DNA from: Iphione sp. A-MEVVRFRX5
Taxonomy: Eukaryota
Length of the DNA: 64,000 bases
Reading direction: 5' to 3'
Assembly (NCBI GenBank): GCA_976226885.1
Contig: OZ320317.1
Span: 49,414,001 to 49,478,000, forward strand
The position numbers and the translations under genes were made by a program. The notes beneath the pieces are model-generated. The model saw only the letters and a program-made list of their open reading frames with translations. It searched no databases and was not told the DNA's origin. Position 1 is the first letter of the stretch; every line of letters begins with the position of its first letter. This document shows positions 13,534 through 27,256 of this stretch, piece by piece.

Positions 13534-14262
13534 GAGGAAATTGGGTAAAGGCTGTTTTCCAAGAAGCCATAATATAGTGCGAGCACAGAGATGGGAAACT
13601 GCCGCTCTCTCGTATCATCAGATTTGAATATCTTCCATTATTAATTCAGTCTAACTGGCTATGCCACGGCCTACTCCTTAAAACCTCCAAGCATATTGAC
13701 ACTGACATTAGTAATCTTACTGTGATTGTATCAAAACTCTTGTCTACACGATTGTACAACCAACAATTACCATCAGATAATCATCTTTTCATCTGCTCAA
13801 TCATTTGTAAATATTGGCATCATGTTTACAGCCATCAACCATGTAACATTAACTGGAATGAATCTTCGTTCAATTATAAGTAATTATAAACATGTAACAT
13901 ACTGGAATTATGTACAAAATTGAATCCTACCTTCCAGTGTAAATAAAGTCCTTAAAAAATTAACACATCTACATAGGCGCAATATGCTCCCACTTCCAGG
14001 AGGCATGTGACCTATGAGGGCGCTCTCGTGCAATTTGACACCCTAACGACCCCTGCTGACCTCGAAGGAATGTCAATCACTTCCACCTGACCCCGCGCAT
14101 CTGCAGGAACCACTAGTGAACCCTTAAGTGGAGCTCGTCAGGTGTCTGGGACGTTATATTGCTCATCCCTGATCTTATAAAACAGGATGAATGGGATTGG
14201 ATGGTTCGAAGGCTCGTTATTTCCATTCAGCGGGCCGTTTAAAAATGGGAGTAGCCACAATA

Positions 14263-14336
14263 TACAAATATACATAGGTATTATGCTATTTAGTTAGAGA
14301 TACAAATATACATAGGTATTATGTTATTTAGTTAGA
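14263..14336. repeat. 38-bp tandem duplication
   Basis: tacaaatatacataggtattatg(c/t)tatttagttaga occurs at 14263 and 14301. Confidence 0.85.
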
Positions 14337-17300
14337 TGTAACAAAACAGAACAAACTGCAATAACAAATTCTGTTCCATGATACTTATTACGGGTGGCAT
14401 AAATTCTAATCATAATGTACATGACCTTATGTATAAACAATACTGAAGTAAAACATGTATGATTATATTTGTACTAACATGACCATTTCGACGTATTACA
14501 GCGCGTTTGAATCCTCCAATGATTAGCAGCTTTAAGAAAAATAACAGTACGCTAGTGAATTGACGGAGAAGCATTTACTACCTATACTGCACTTTCAGTT
14601 GAGATGACACTCAACGACATTTCGCTGAGTGATACAAGTCTTATGTAGAACATTGCTCAATATAACGAAGTTAACCTTGTCTTTGTCTTGTAAGCACAAC
14701 ATAATGACTTGTTTAGTATCCTGAAGACAACATAGCTATTCATGTTATCTACGTTACCTGTGTCAAAAGTGATGGTTCTTCAGCGCACTTTTTTTTAAAT
14801 TCGTTTATTAAGCTGGAAGAAAGTAGGCCACTGGCCTTATATATACAGTATGTCTGTCGTTCAACATTCTTGTTTGCTTTAACAATTTCATATAGTGACT
14901 GACGTTCAGAAACACTTAAAACTAAGTTTATTTGCCTTCAGATATACATCTGCCATGTTGACAAAGGATATACATGTATATATTTCAAGATAAACAAAGT
15001 ACATTTACTCCTTTCTATCTAATCACTGTAATCTACAAATCCCATGCCTAAGTTATCTGGGATAGTAACTGTCAGTTTCAACATCCTGGCTTGAGAAAGT
15101 AATAGCATAAATAAATGTGGATATAGTTGGCGCTGCGCTATCTTGTGTCGATGTGGAGAATCTTGGCAGCGACTGAAGCCAAACCCCGGTTCTTGAGGTC
15201 TGTTTACTAGTCTGCTTTGCACAGCCTACAGCCCTCTTCCCCTTTCTGTGATATCCCCAAACGTCGCACCTATCGCCGACACTCAGTAACGTCACCGCCT
15301 GTAATCGGCATCTGCGGTCGCAATGTTTTGCCTTCATCCATCAAGGCTTTTATCTCCTCTGTCTGTTTTGTAGCTGACAACAAAAACGAACGAGAGCAAC
15401 TCAGACGGCGACAGAGCAGCTCGACCTCCTGCGCCCCAACGGAGATTCACAGTTACACTTTGTTAGGAAAGTTTAAGGTGTGTATCTTTCAATACGTATC
15501 TTTATACCAGTGTGCTTCGCACAATTTTCCATACTTTGACAGCACAAATTTGACCACTAAAAATGAAATTAAAAGAAAAACAACTCCCATATGGCAAGCA
15601 ACCTCCAAGAATTCACTGAAACCGAGCCGGATGTTCTGAAACGATGCCTTTTTTATATAAGGTATGTAATAAACGACATTCTTAAAGATTTCACCTAGTG
15701 ATTGCACTAGTATGCTTCACTGCACAAACGCAGAGAACTACGTGCGCTTCTTAAATAAACCATGTTGGGAAACATTTGTACACAGTATCTCCACTTAAGG
15801 CCTAGTTTTCCTGTACGGGTGATTTTATGGCCGTGCTGGCATGGTTTTGTGGTGTGATTTGGGAACTATGGCTATTATCAAGAATGTCTCTGTGTGCATA
15901 ATGGTGCATAATGTGGTGGGTCAACAAGTAGCTTCTTTTTAGAATCGGACATGTCCCATTCCACGGAGTTTGTATGGCCATGCGGGCATATTTGCACTGG
16001 AAACTATGGTTAACTACTGGTGAGATACAAAATGTAAATGTTGATACACATGGCTATTGTAGCAAGCTAGACGAAATATCAGAATGTGAACTTTTCAGGG
16101 GGCTTCACAGCAAAAAAATTAAATGCAAACACATATAGTCCTACCTGGAGACTAAGCTGAACAGTCATGTTAACAGTTTTCCCCATTTTTGTGGTGAGCC
16201 CTGAAAAAAGAACTGATCAGCATCAGTAAAGAGAAAAATGTAAAGCCATATATGAGGTGAACGAGCTGGTAGAGCCAGAGAAGGCGACGATAACGATGCT
16301 CATTGATGGGACGGGCACCGTCTGCCTCCGATAACCTCTGGCATGAGCGGGTGTATCCGTTTTCCCACCGATCACCGCTCGCGCAACGCCAGCCTCCGCA
16401 TCGTTGAACGCAAGGGTCAATCGATAGGCGGCACCTCAGGGTGGGGGCCTCCCACTAAGAGCAATTAGGCCGCCGTTAATATCTGGCCGACCTCCAACGG
16501 ACAAGCCAGAGGCGGGGAAAGGTGTTACGGTCCAGCGATTATGTGGGGATCCAGCCTGCGCGTGTGGCATTAATTCAGGCCACGTGAGCAGCTCAGAGGA
16601 CGAGTATTTTACGTTCACGTACCTTTGTATGTATGTGTGCTAGAAGGAAAAAGAGAGTAAGCGAGTAAAAGACAACGTTGATTAAACACATGGACAGAGA
16701 GCCAGACGAAGAGGGAGAGAACGGAAGAAAAAACGAAAAGAAAAAAGAAAGAGAGGGAGGGAGATCATTTATAGTGAATCTATAGAGGGTTCGTCCAGTC
16801 ACGCGTTCATGTGAGTGCAGGTGTTTGAGACGGCTGTTAAAAGACGTGCTGCCAGCAGCATGCGCCTAGGCATGCAAGCAGAGAGGACCTCCTCTTCCTA
16901 CGCTGATTACATCGCCTGGTAGCCGCATCACAAAGGTAACAAGGTCTGTCGATCAACTTCATTAAACCCTGGCAGGCACCCAGCGTGGTTGACGTCCAGA
17001 GGGGCTCTTTGTTCTCCATGGTCCACTGCATCCTGGCGCCCAGCACTGTGTGTGGCATAAACACACCGGGATTCCAGAGACGGTAATAGCTTTTAAAGGC
17101 AACCAAATTGAGAATTATTACCCTGGGGTCTGAATAATGGATTCTGACAATTACATGAATTAAAGTAGAACTGCAGAATGAATAAGTGTAAACGTCTGTA
17201 TTATTACGTTTACCATAGGACATGATATAACACGATTCTAACCGTCGCCCTTTCCATGATATCAATTATACATTGCACTTATGGGAACAAGCGAAGTACT

Positions 17301-17932
17301 GGCTTATTCATAATTTCTAGATGTTTGTATTTAAAATGAGTACGACCAGGATCTTCGGCTTCGATAAAGGTTACTCCCTCGTCAGTGGTAAACAGTTGGC
17401 TACACTTGAAAGGAGACGGGCTCTGCGTCCATTACATGTATGAATGTTTAAAGTACACTTTAATGGAGGGTAAAACATTTACTACGATATTTAACACTGT
17501 TTCGCTTACAGTAGATGTTTCCCTGAAGGTGCTACCATACAAATGTTTATACACTGATCCAGTAGAGGCGATTTGAGTGACGTGTGAGAATACAGAATAG
17601 CCCAATGACCTCAGATTATCTTTCCCCGTTCGAGAGCTGAGCTTGACTAAGTTTCGGACTTTTTTTAATAGTGCTAAGCAGTCTTAATCGCAAGTTCCTG
17701 TGGGCAAGCGGATCGGCAAATGCTCTGAATTTCTCTTCATATAGTTACCACGTCTGACTTTATTTTGAACTATGTTCCACACGCGAGAAATCGATTCACC
17801 GAATGACTTTACAAAGTAGCTGCTAGTTTGAACCAAGTTCGTACTTTTCAAGACATCACATAGTCCCAAACTAATATAATTTACATGAAGAATCGTCTTT
17901 AGGTACCTTGTAGACAGGGCTCGATCCTCTCT

Positions 17933-18057
17933 CTTCCTAGAGTTATAGAAATAACACTATCTGGAAATAGGGAAAATATACTACATTTCCAGCAGCGAGT
18001 CACTTGGCCTTTGACCGATGGTTGACCCCAACGAAACCTAATCTAAACTCTAGGAAG
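17933..18057. mobile_element. Small element bounded by a 12-bp perfect inverted repeat (possible MITE)
   Basis: cttcctagagtt (17933-17944) and aactctaggaag (18046-18057). Confidence 0.3.
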
Positions 18058-20344
18058 TCCAGGCTTCCGTCGACCGTGTTTCTCCACGTGTGGCCCCCGC
18101 ACCAGGAGACGCTGGTAGACATCCGGGAATGCTAGCGCTGTTAGAGCCCTCTGGTGGCTGCTAGCCAGCCAACAAACGCACTTCCGTTGATAATCCATCA
18201 TGCCTTGCTGTCATCACGTGTCACTTAGACGAGACTGGACGAGATCTCGTAGTCAAAAGTAAAGGCTGTGTTTCACTGAAGGCTGTGATTGATTTAGTCA
18301 GTTTTAATTACCAGACTTAAACGCAGCGATCACTTGATCGGCCGACGGCAATGAAGAAGTGAGCATTGGTGTTCATCAGAGTTTTCTTGTATGGAATGAT
18401 GTCTGAAAAAGCAATCAATTCTAGATACGATTATAAACTTCACGGCGTAAGTAGCGTATGCATTCACTGTGCCACTTCCGTGAGGATTATACCTAAAACC
18501 ATTTAGTGAGGTATGAATGGTTAAAAATACTTTCAATTCTCAGGGTATTATGACCATGGAATGCATTCAGTAAGTGTCTTGCGGAGATAGCGATGTAAAA
18601 TGAGTTTTTTTTCGTTTGACTTGAACATACACACTCAAAGAGTACATCAATAAGCTTCAGGTATCATAGAGGATGACGCTATCCACATACGTACAATGCA
18701 TCTCCGCATGAAATGTTATGTGCGGATATACTGCTCCTCAGCGATTAGTGACAGTGGCACGCCTCTTCAATACTGTCGCGTATCTCCAGGCTTTTAAGCA
18801 ATTCATGAAGAGGTTGGATTAAGCGGGAGACAGTCGGGATTTCACACAACAAAAGCCCCGCCGCTGGTGCAGGACCTGTGTCGGTTTGAAAATTACTCAG
18901 TCGCGATCTCCGCGCCGCGACTGTGTGCTAGTGGAGCCCGGCGGAGCTTGCAGATTTGATTTAGAAATTTTCTGACATTTCAGAACTGAGATATGCTATA
19001 CAGCTTTGGTTCTATTAGCGTCCCGACAATACATCAATGTCCTCGTCCATAAAGCGGCGCGGATGTGTCTTTTAAAATGATTAAATGTCGCTGGCAATAT
19101 TCCAATAATGGTGCACAGGAAGTCCGAAGCATGGCAGGGAAACCCCAACCCACGCCCCAACCTCAGAGGCGCACGTGCGCTAGCTTTGTGATAAATCATC
19201 TACGCACTGGGCTGAAATTAAATTTTCGCTTTTACTGTAGATGTAACTTGAGAGTTATGAATTATTTGATGCTGGTTCCATTGAGATCATTCATTATCAG
19301 GGACGCGTAAAAACGTGCGCTCTATATCCCGTTAATGAGGGGAATGCGATTTGAGGCGATGCTTTGGACGCATGCAGCGATGCCTAGGGCGTATTACCGC
19401 TACATTTTAATTTCAGTTTTTTTTCATGTTTTTCATAGGCCTCCCATGAGAGAGAGAGAAAACACTCACCGTTCAAAGGCGAAGACCGACCTAAAAAGCC
19501 TCCCTCGATGCCGCCGTTAAATTGCAATATGTTCGTTAAAAGAATCGCACTTTGGGTGTAAGTGGCAATAATCTGTAAAGTTAGCTGATTTATTCCCCTT
19601 CAAGAAGTATCGATTGTTTTCAGGCTGCTATGGTTCGGAGATGTAGTCGTAAAAACACCTCGACAGTAGATGCATGTAATAGTGACGAGAACGGTGACAA
19701 AAGCTACCACCTAACTATTAAATACAAAACGTGAGAGAGACGAAAATAGGGAAATCAAGAGATTTCTTCCTCCACTTTTCAATATTTAAACGCCAAGGAG
19801 AAGACATAAGAAGAGAGTATGATTCACTGTTAATTGACCATCGTTCTTGTCGCCTGCACGATCTCTCCCTGCAGGGGCTTCGTCGTGCATGAAAAATGTT
19901 TGCCGTTCTCTGCTATAACGTGTCGTACTGACACGGATAATTAGAACGAAACTGTTATTAATTCGGTCTGCTGCAAGCACTTCGGTGCAGACACTTTAAT
20001 CAACAGACAGACACACCACATACTAAAAAGAAAAATATATTCCGATTATTTACGCAAACGGCATTGGGGAAAGATAGTATTTTCTTGCGTGCTAATGCAG
20101 ATGCAAAGATTGTCAAGTTTGGGTTGAAAGCAGGTAATTGAGAGCGATTTCATTCTAGCATTCACGATACATTCAGTTGCGTGCTGCCTCACAGACGATT
20201 ACAGCTTCTTCCTTCTTGATAAAATGTGATCTAACATGTGGTATGGAGGGACGTTAATTATGCCGACTTGCTTAGTGAAATACATCTCCCCAATCCTCTG
20301 TCTCCGAAAACATTACTCATTAGGCTAATGATATATCTAAAAGA

Positions 20345-20696
20345 TGCAAATAAGAACAAAGCACAGGCCTTGGAGACACAACTTTATTCTCACCCAGCAC
20401 CATGTGGAATTTGTTGATAAAACAAATATACATGCAGATAAATGCCATACCAGACAATACCATAAAATATATATGTGAATAATTTTATCATATCTAAAGG
20501 GGGTGGGTGGAAGCGTTCAGGGCGACAACTGTGACGTGGTATTGCACAGACTGGTTCATATATAGGCCCAAGAGGGGCGGGGGTTAACCAGGTGATCGCC
20601 TGAGATCCAATGAGTGGCCATATCGATGCCCACCCCATGTATATAGACGTAAATAACGTACACGTCCATGTGTATTTCTTTCTCCTTTTGACTACA
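20345..20696 (-). mobile_element. Solo-LTR-like module
   Basis: Minus strand order: TG start, ATTGG (CCAAT), CCCCGCCCC, TATATAT (from 20564), AATAAA (20383-20388), GT-rich tail, CA end. No target-site duplication found. Confidence 0.35.
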
Positions 20697-23600
20697 AGTT
20701 TACTTCATGTTATGTCGCACGCCTCTATTTCTATTCATTGTACTCAGAGTTGGTTGACTTTGGAGTTCGCTGGTCATTGACGCTGGAAACCCCTATCAAT
20801 CGCCAGTGGATCCTGTGCCCGCAGGGCAGACAGAGCTGCTGTCAGGCGTGTGCGTTGCATGTGCCTTATGCGTGGTGAACCCCCACATACGGACATGGAG
20901 GCGGTAACCTTTGGTCCTGTTAGTTCACCGTAGATTAGCTCTTGCGGCCACTTACGCACGTCCCTAAGGCCGCCCTGAACGGACCGGCTGCGCGTCCCCA
21001 GCTTCATCAGGAGCAGGTCCAGAGTCGCTCACGGGAGTCGTTTAATGTTACTTGCAACAGAGAAAAGCCGAGGGGCGGACAGGGGCGTCCGCCAGGCCAA
21101 GCGGGGATCATTGGCAAGGGTCAAGCGTACCCGGCTTGGCCAATGACGGCGCGGGTCGGCGGGTCACGTGACATGGACCGAACAAGTGGCGCACCTAACG
21201 GTCGTCGTGGGAACGTGTCGACGACTAATGGGTCCCCTGTCTACGCCGGTGGGCGGTTAGAGCACCCTGGTTAAGGAAGCTAATCATACTGCTCGCTGGG
21301 GCCACGGCTACCTTTGGGGGTAGTGGTAATTGCGTTTGGAGCGAATAGTGCGCGCCAAGAACAAAGGAAAAGACCATGGTCCTTAGGAGAAAAGCAAGCC
21401 TGATTACCCCAGCTACAGAGCCAACTCAGTAGGATGTGGCTTCGAAAGTACGGGTTCCGTTCACTCTCTGGGTAGCTTAGTCACCCATTTCTTTCTGCCT
21501 TTTATTTTGTTAGGGGGTTGTGCCTGGAGAAGCGGGTAAAAGATGTTAAATAGAATCCCTGTCAAATGTTTTCATCCTGGTTAAATTAACATGCTGGCTA
21601 TGCGCAATATGAAGAATAGTACCATGTACGTTTTGAATGTCTCTTGCTTTCATACACTAATAACGCAGTTAATAGGTAATTTTATATGTCAACGAAATGT
21701 AATTATATAAAGAGAAACATAATCTAGGGTTTATTTGAAATACTGCGTATACATACATGTATAGGAAATGCGAACCTTCTATAAAAGCAGCAGATCGGAA
21801 TTGACAGAGCCACACAGTGATGCATGTTCAATTCCATGTTATTCTTTCTGTTGAAAGTCATAATGTACAGTCAATATGGACAGTATGTTAAGACGCAATT
21901 ATGTTTTAGGGAAAAACACTGAGTATACAGTCTATTTGACCAATTTGATTGACAGACAAGTCAATCAAATTGTTCAACTTCAGTCTAATGCGCATTGGCC
22001 ATTTTAATTTCAAGTGTTAACAGGATTTTTTTTAAAAAAAAGCTGATTGGCTTATTTGATGTGAAATACAAAATATATGAATATAAGTAGTTAAACCTTA
22101 CATGAATAATTTTGAGAAATATCGAACCGGTTTCTTGTTAATTGGAAAGATAGCGCTGGGTAAATTAAAAATTAACATTATATAATAAGTTAACAAGGAG
22201 GAGTGTCAATAGACACATATATACATGTACATGATAGTTTTCTGGCAGTGGGTAAGCTATGAAAGTGTGGTTCATGAGATTAAAATGGGGTGAGAATGGG
22301 GTCAGATATAATGTCTAGCGCTACGTGTTCAGTTTCTTACATCAAACCTGTATAGGTGACCTGACATATACATCTGAATTAAAATTAAGTATAAATAGTG
22401 CTCCATATCCACATCAGTTTCTAGCTTTTGCCTAGATGGATCTGAAAATTCAGACTTTATGGTAAGTTACTAGTTGATTGAATATATACGGTTAAAACAT
22501 ACATCTAGTCCAGTTTTGACTGTTACTGACGATTTCTTCAACTAAAATTGTCTTGTCCGTCAAGGCTCTAGTGTGTTAGCCAGGTGAAATAAAAAATGAA
22601 AAATGGAAATTAAAACGGTGCAAAAGAATAATATACATATTCTCTACAACAAAGACAAAATACGAATCGCTACAAAGCAGGATTGAGATTGGAATTGACA
22701 GTACGCGTTCTCTCTTCGTGCTTTCCGCAGACTGCGCAGATCTCCCTGACCTGCCGTCCATAACGTCCCGAATTCCCTATTTTCTAACGCACAAGCTACC
22801 TCTGTATGCTAGCTTCTTTATGGTGGTCCCTGATATAACATATATAAAGATGAATCTAGGGCATTTCTGTGATTAGAACATTAAATTTTGTTAAGATGTC
22901 TTTCTCTGAGAGCCTTCAGAGTACACTCAGAGTACATTTCATAATTGTTCACCATAATCATCAGTGTTTTTAACTAGAATTTTTGAATGCCAGTCAGAAC
23001 TGAAGCTTCCAGCTTCCATGCCTATAGCTGAAATATTTCTCTAACATTATAACATTACATTATTTCCGTGGTAGGATAATACCTTGACGGAGGCACTGCA
23101 CATCCTTTCATTTAGGGGCGACAGAATACGCAGAATCTCGCTGATGGAGATTGCGCGAGAGAAAGAATTTATCTAGTTCTCTACGTGGGGGCTAACTAAA
23201 GATCAACCATGCGATACGGCTCCCAGGGGGTACCTCAATCATGCCCCGCATGACACCTTGGGATTGGCCTAGGGGGCCAGTGGCGCCTGTGCCCCGCCCT
23301 CTTGCACGACCCCCTGCTGCCAGATGGCGCCAAATTGTGCAACATTACAGTGGGATTAATCGGTCACGTGACACGGACACGGCCTCGAATCAGACAATGG
23401 TGAGTGTGGTGCGACCGGAAGTGAGGCGGGGGGAGGTTGTGTTCCAGCGGGGAACAGCGCCGATGGAATGATCCAAACGACCTTTCACCATCGACTCGAC
23501 GACGCGGCGTGGAATAACAAGGTGGACAGTGGCCGTTCCATGGCATGACCTCGTGTTTCAGAGGCGTGTATTACCGCCGTCACTGAGGGACTTTCCCTGG

Positions 23601-23789
23601 CGAAGACTTGGAATCAGTATTGATGAACGGTAAATATCATGGAAAGGAAATGTGTGCAGTGAATGTATGTCACACTGTCAACAATGCACATTCGGTGTGT
23701 AAGAAGTATATTCAATTTTGTGATGACTTTGTCCTCATAAGGCACATTCTAGGTAATGGGGGCCGGGTAGAGGTCTCATAATAGTGTTA

Positions 23790-23835
23790 ACCAGCCTGGA
23801 GTTCTACCCTGCCGCATTTCTGGTTGTCGAAGCTT
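23790..23835. repeat. Left copy of 46-bp direct repeat flanking the LINE (target-site duplication)
   Basis: accagcctggagttctaccctgccgcatttctggttgtcgaagctt, identical to 27957-28002. Confidence 0.9.
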
Positions 23836-23862
23836 CAGATTTCAGATTCAGATTTCTTTATT
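23836..23862 (-). terminator. LINE 3' end: polyadenylation signal and microsatellite-like tail
   Basis: Minus strand reads AATAAA GAAATCT GAATCT GAAATCTG immediately before the duplicated target. Confidence 0.75.
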
Positions 23863-23946
23863 GTGTCCTTCTCGTACATCAACGAGGACTTCCAGGAACA
23901 AGATACAAAGGCTAGGTCTCTCGTTCATAACAGTAACAATTTAAGT

Positions 23947-24300
23947 AACAATACAGTCAAAATAACAATATCTTGAAATGATCAACTACTGGTATCATTA
24001 CCGGTCAAACAAAACCATCAGAAATATATTTACATCTGTAATTCGTGCTTTGATACTCCATCTGCTACTTTACCATGACTTCTCATTTTCCTATTACAAT
24101 TATAGCTGTTGTCATATTTTAAACAGAAACAATACTGTCAAAATAACAATATCTTGAAATGATTGACTATTGGTATCTTTACCGGTCAGACAAATCATCG
24201 AAAACATTTTTACATCTGTGATTCGTGCTTTGATACTTCATCCGCTACTTCACCATGACTTCTCGTTTTCCTATTACAATTACAGCTATTGTCATATTTT
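23947..24300. repeat. Two diverged ~180-bp tandem units in the LINE 3' UTR
   Basis: The block aacaatac(a/t)gtcaaaataacaatatcttgaaatgat...gtcatatttt occurs at ~23947-24120 and ~24128-24300 with scattered substitutions. Confidence 0.85.
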
Positions 24301-24476
24301 TACGCATCAAATAAATGTCCATTCTTATATCATAACTATAATATCAGCTTTCATTTACAATGCATACAGCTGTTGACATGTTTTAACACTTTTTCTAGTA
24401 AAACGTTCATTCTTACCATGACTATAATATCAGCTTTCATTCTTGTCTGCAGAATCACAAGAAAATACCTTCAATA

Positions 24477-27224
24477 CTAACGTTTCTTCCTAAGCTTGGA
24501 GTTAAATTGTTCAGTTTTTCTACACTCTTTCAACCATGTTGGCAGTTTGTTCCAGCTCGAAATTCCCTGGTAACAAAAACTTCTCTTCATCAGGCTGGTA
24601 CGTGGCCTGGACTGGTACAACTTCACAGAAGCACGCGTTCTTTTATTGGAGACAGGTTTCCATATACCTAACAACACCATTTTGTGTGTTAACATTATCA
24701 TCTGATGATGTTGAATTGCGGTCAGCTCCGCAATCTGCCCATCCTTCTTAATCTTTATAGTGCTCAGTCTACCATTTACCACTCTCTTCAAACATGAATT
24801 TAACTCACGCTGCAGTGACAATAAAGACGCCTTACTTGCCGATGACAGAAACACCAAGCCATATTGAAAAGTTGGCATCACAAAGCTCTTGAATATCTGT
24901 ATTCTTACCTCATAAGGTAGAGTCTTGCATGCCTTACATAAGAAGTATGACTGCACTCGGGCCTTCCTTCTCATACCATTAATCATTGTGACAAACTTAA
25001 GGTCTTCATCGATGGTATAACCCAAGAGCTTACATGAACGTACCTTTTGAATCTTTTCACCCTCCATCGTAAGGTCCAAGTCAAGATCCTTACCACTACC
25101 ACACGTCATATAAGCAGTTTTTTCTGAATTTATTTTTAAGCCGTTCCTTGTGCACCATGTTGAGACATCACGTAATCCTCGAAGCATCTTTAGCCTAAGT
25201 GCAAGTACATTGCTTGCTGTTGTGATTACTGTCACATCATCTGCATACATTACAACTTTATTGATTAATACTGCTGTCGGTAGATCATTTATCAGTATGG
25301 TAAATAGTAAGGGACCTAAGTGGCTTCCCTGTGGGACACCATAATGAACTGGGCGGCTGACGGAGAAGTTGCCATTACACATAACAAATTGAGAACGCTC
25401 ACTTAGGTAATTTTCAAACCATCTGAGTGTACTCAAATGTATACCCAAAGCGGACATCTTACTCAACAGCAGATCATGACGTACCACGTCGAACGCTTTC
25501 GACATATCGATCAAACTCAAACCGCTTTGTTGCTTCCTGTCCACTGCTTCATAAAGATGTTTCAAAACGACTGCAGTGGCTGTCTCAGTACTTCTCTGTG
25601 GTACAAACCCATGCTGACATGGACTCAATAATGCTCGCCCCACCAAATACTCTTTTAATTGATCATGCACCAACTTTTCTAAGATCTTTCCACATACATT
25701 TAAGATTGCCACTGGTCTATAGTTTTTCATATCGAGGGTAGATCCTTTTTTATGTAGAGGTCTAATTCTAGCAATCTTCCATGCAGTGGCGAACCAGCCT
25801 CTATCTATTGAGATGTTAAATAAGTCTCGTACCGCTTCGACATGACCCAGCAGAACATCTTTCATTACAAACATAGGGATACCGGTGACTCCACTAGGTT
25901 TATGAGACTTCTGTTTTAACACTGCTTTTACCAACTCCTTCACCATCACCGGTCTCAACTTCCAGTGACCATCTCTACTAATTTCCTCAACATCGACCTG
26001 CATTGACTCCGCAATAGTCCCGGCTTGCTCAACAAAGAACCCATTCAGCCGTCCTGGTACTTCATCTTCTTCAATCATCTGTCCATCCTCTTGTAATCGA
26101 ATCGGTGTTTCTTCTACCCGTCTTCCTAGTACCTCATGATTGATTACATTCCAGTACTCGCGTGAGGAGTTACAGCTGGAAAGTCTTGTACGCATATATT
26201 GCTTCTTCAAAAATTTTGACAATCGACTCGCTTTCGAACGATAGAATTTCGCAATACGTAGGTCATCACATTCGCCATAGAGTTTGTACTGTTTTATGAA
26301 ATAATCACAATTTCTTATTATTTCCAACAGCTCAGGGGTTACCCAATCTTTCCTTGCTTGTACCTTCACCTTTCGGACCGGGCACTGCTGGTCTAGTTCC
26401 AGCTTAATGGTACCTTCTAATGTTTGCCATGTTATGTCAAACTCTTCACTAGATGTGGGTGAACCCCTAAGTAAATTCTCAGTGGTAGAAAGCATCTTCA
26501 TTTTGTCATACAGGGCCCAATCTCGACCTAACCTAACATTTGTTATCTTTCTTTCCCTCAACTTTTTATTCACTATGAATACAGGTAGATGATCACTGAC
26601 TAGTACATCAAGACTTCCTGACCTTGATACTGCTTCAATATCGGTATAGATATGGTCAAGACAAGACGACGCATTCGAGCCAATGTATGTTGGATCAACA
26701 ATACATTGTCTTAAATTAAAAGACTGCATAACATTTCTCAGATATGATTGGATATTATTCTCGTTGCACCAGTCCACATTTACATCACCTCCAAGGATAA
26801 TGTTTCCTTTCGAGTGACGGAGCAACTCTAGCACATCCTTCATATATCTGAGAAATTCACGTATTGAACCATCTGGTGGTCGATACACTACCCCTACTCG
26901 AATTTTTTTCATAAATTTATGCTTCAATTCAACCCACAGGCACTCTACATCATCAGTGTTCATAGTTGATAACTGTACGGTATTATATTCATCAGAGACA
27001 TACAGCATCACGCCCCCTCCCTGTTTCTTTGTCACAAAATTTCTATCCATCTGAAACATTTGATAGCCTTCTAATCACATGTAGGATGATGGTGTTGAAT
27101 TATTTAGCCAAGTTTCACAAACCCCAATCGCTACTGGTTTTTCAATTGAAACTATTCTTTTTAAGTCGTCAAGTTTACCACTAATACTACGGGCATTCCA
27201 AAAGATGAATTGCCGAATACCCAT
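24477..27224 (-). pseudogene. LINE ORF2, endonuclease-reverse transcriptase (915 codons, one in-frame TGA)
   Basis: Real start ATG at 27224 (MGIRQFIFWNARS...CETWL), TGA at 27075-27077, then the 860-aa track ORF in the same frame. APE motifs: YRPP, GDVN, LDHIY, SDHL. RT motifs: NYRPVA, QHGF, DMSKAFD, GVPQGSHLGP, YADD, KLLG, and C-terminal WNKLP. Confidence 0.93.
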
Positions 27225-27256
27225 TATAGCTCATATAGCTCATCCCTTTGGGAAAT

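Noticed and set aside
16593-16802. Hydrophobic stretch ending at AAG|gtacgt as an alternative first exon
   Set aside because: The donor is phase 0, not phase 1, and the hydrophobicity reflects a pyrimidine tract.
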